From assembly GCA_045590055.1 (NCBI GenBank), contig JAZNQF010000080.1, positions 8,901-72,900 on the forward strand: a stretch of DNA of 64,000 bases, read 5' to 3'. Positions 62,795 through 64,000 of this stretch are shown here, piece by piece. Source of the stretch: Acutalibacteraceae bacterium (lineage in GTDB: Bacteria; Bacillota; Clostridia; Oscillospirales; Acutalibacteraceae). A model generated the notes under the pieces. That model was not told where the DNA came from and searched no databases. It worked only from the letters and a program-made list of their open reading frames with translations. Position 1 is the first letter of the stretch. Each line of letters begins with the position of its first letter. The translations under genes were made by a program, and so were the position numbers.

Positions 62795-64000
62795 ATGAAA
62801 GATAATGAAAACAGAGGGCAGTCTGATTCCAGAATGCCTCCTTTGCCTGAATATCCCGGCGAAGATCAGTTTAAATGGTTTGAAGAACGTCGGCGTATGC
62901 TTGCTCAGGGTGTGATACCTGAAAAATCCGCTCAGGAAGAAATGGATGCGGCAAAGGGTAAAAAGCCCTTGGTTGACGACAGAATTCCCGTAGGTAAACA
63001 AAAAAGCGCCTCTGCACAAAGGCAGAGACCGCAGAAGAAAAAAGCAGACATTAAGCCCTTCATCCGGCGCGATAAAACCGACCGTCAGGCTTCACGTAAG
63101 GCTCCCGACGAGCATGAGGAGCAACGTGTGCGCAGGCAAGGCGGTGAGGTTCAGCGCAAACAGCAAGCTCAGCGCTCTGCTCAAAGGGAGCGGAACAACC
63201 GCACAGCTTCGCGTGAGCAAAGCCGTGATTCTTCAGCACAGAAGCTCCTGAATGAACGGCGTAAGGCAAAGCAGGAAAAACTTGAAAAGCAATTTGCCGG
63301 CATGTCGAATGATGAGCGTCGCCGTGCTCTTGCGAGAAACAAAAAGCTCAAAAAACGCCGCAGTATCTTCATCGGTTGTGTGCTTGCGGTTTCTGTTGTT
63401 TCTGCAATTGCTGTCGGTCTGTGCCTCACGGTGCTTTTCGGCGTTGAAAATGTGCTTGTTGAGGGCGAAACAAGATACACTGCAGACGAGATTATTGCCG
63501 TATGCGGCATTGTTGAGGGTGAAAACCTTTTGATGATTGACAAAGAGGCAATCAACGACGCGGTGTACGAAAACCTTGCGTATGTAGGTGGGGTTGTTGT
63601 TTCAAGGAAGTTCCCCGATACCGTGGTGCTCAACGTTACCGACACAAACGCTTGCTACGCGATACCCAACAGTGAAAACTATATTCTCACCGACGAAAAC
63701 GGCAAGGTGCTTTCACGCATTGAACGTGAGATTCCCAACGGTGTTTGCGAATTGCGCGGTTTTGGTTTTGCAACTGCAGAGGTTGGCAAAATCATTGAGC
63801 CGACCGAGCAAAGCGCAGGTGCTCTCAACACGGCAAACTCACTTTATGCCACCGCTGAAAACTGCAAAATCAGCAGCATTACGTGCATCAGTGTTGAAAA
63901 CAGCAACGCACTTTATCTCATTTACGAAGGTAGAATCAAGATTCACGTCGGCACTGCGGCAAAGGCGGAAAAGAAGCTCAGCCTCGCAAAGGGAATAATC
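62795..64000 (+). CDS. ftsQ: cell division protein FtsQ/DivIB, partial (runs off the window end), with a charged N-terminal region of about 190 aa
   Basis: Not in the ORF track because no stop lies within the window. I translated 402 codons from the ATG at 62795 with no stop. A K/R/E/Q-rich segment is followed by a TM helix (IFIGCVLAVSVVSAIAVGLCLTVLF) and a POTRA-like segment (VENVLVEGETRYTADEII...FPDTVVLNVTD). Confidence 0.7.
   Translation, partial: MKDNENRGQSDSRMPPLPEYPGEDQFKWFEERRRMLAQGVIPEKSAQEEMDAAKGKKPLVDDRIPVGKQKSASAQRQRPQKKKADIKPFIRRDKTDRQASRKAPDEHEEQRVRRQGGEVQRKQQAQRSAQRERNNRTASREQSRDSSAQKLLNERRKAKQEKLEKQFAGMSNDERRRALARNKKLKKRRSIFIGCVLAVSVVSAIAVGLCLTVLFGVENVLVEGETRYTADEIIAVCGIVEGENLLMIDKEAINDAVYENLAYVGGVVVSRKFPDTVVLNVTDTNACYAIPNSENYILTDENGKVLSRIEREIPNGVCELRGFGFATAEVGKIIEPTEQSAGALNTANSLYATAENCKISSITCISVENSNALYLIYEGRIKIHVGTAAKAEKKLSLAKGII

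Overview
This looks like a chromosomal, mostly housekeeping window from a Clostridia-type Firmicute. That taxon call is an inference from gene content and order, Gram-positive style RBS/promoters and mid-range GC judged by eye. I call about 56 CDS, one tRNA-Ser(CGA), no rRNA, no CRISPR, and no recognisable transposase, integrase or phage genes.

Gene content, left to right:
- Avd-like four-helix-bundle gene, tRNA-Ser, an orphan peptide-type SBP, rmuC, an acyl-AMP ligase and ispE.
- A 1364-aa A-T-R-FeADH fusion enzyme, followed by araB.
- A minus-strand block: two GDPD genes, a clan GH-D-like hydrolase, a lysophospholipase-like hydrolase, rpiB, tsaB and tsaE.
- A SEDS protein and a GH95 fucosidase.
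- An ECF sigma / beta-propeller operon, and a COG2509 FAD protein.
- A purB-nadE-carA-carB operon, then an ACP, a PHP phosphatase, a YfcC transporter, mtnN, miscellaneous small genes, dusB and polA.
- A dcw cluster: mraZ-rsmH-ftsL-PBP-murE-mraY-ftsW-murG-murA-ftsQ. ftsQ runs off the window end and is absent from the ORF track.

Most unusual observations:
1. The adenylation / carrier / thioester-reductase / iron-ADH fusion.
2. CarB fused in frame to a DapF-like domain whose first catalytic Cys is a Gly.
3. Two unrelated tandem-repeat arrays (about 109 bp and about 122 bp units), each filling a convergent intergenic gap.
4. An array of seven mini-hairpins punctuated by GATGAAATC motifs, next to tRNA-Ser.
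5. A promoter- and terminator-bounded structured noncoding segment upstream of a small secreted-protein gene.

All functional calls come from motif recognition by eye. No database searches were run.
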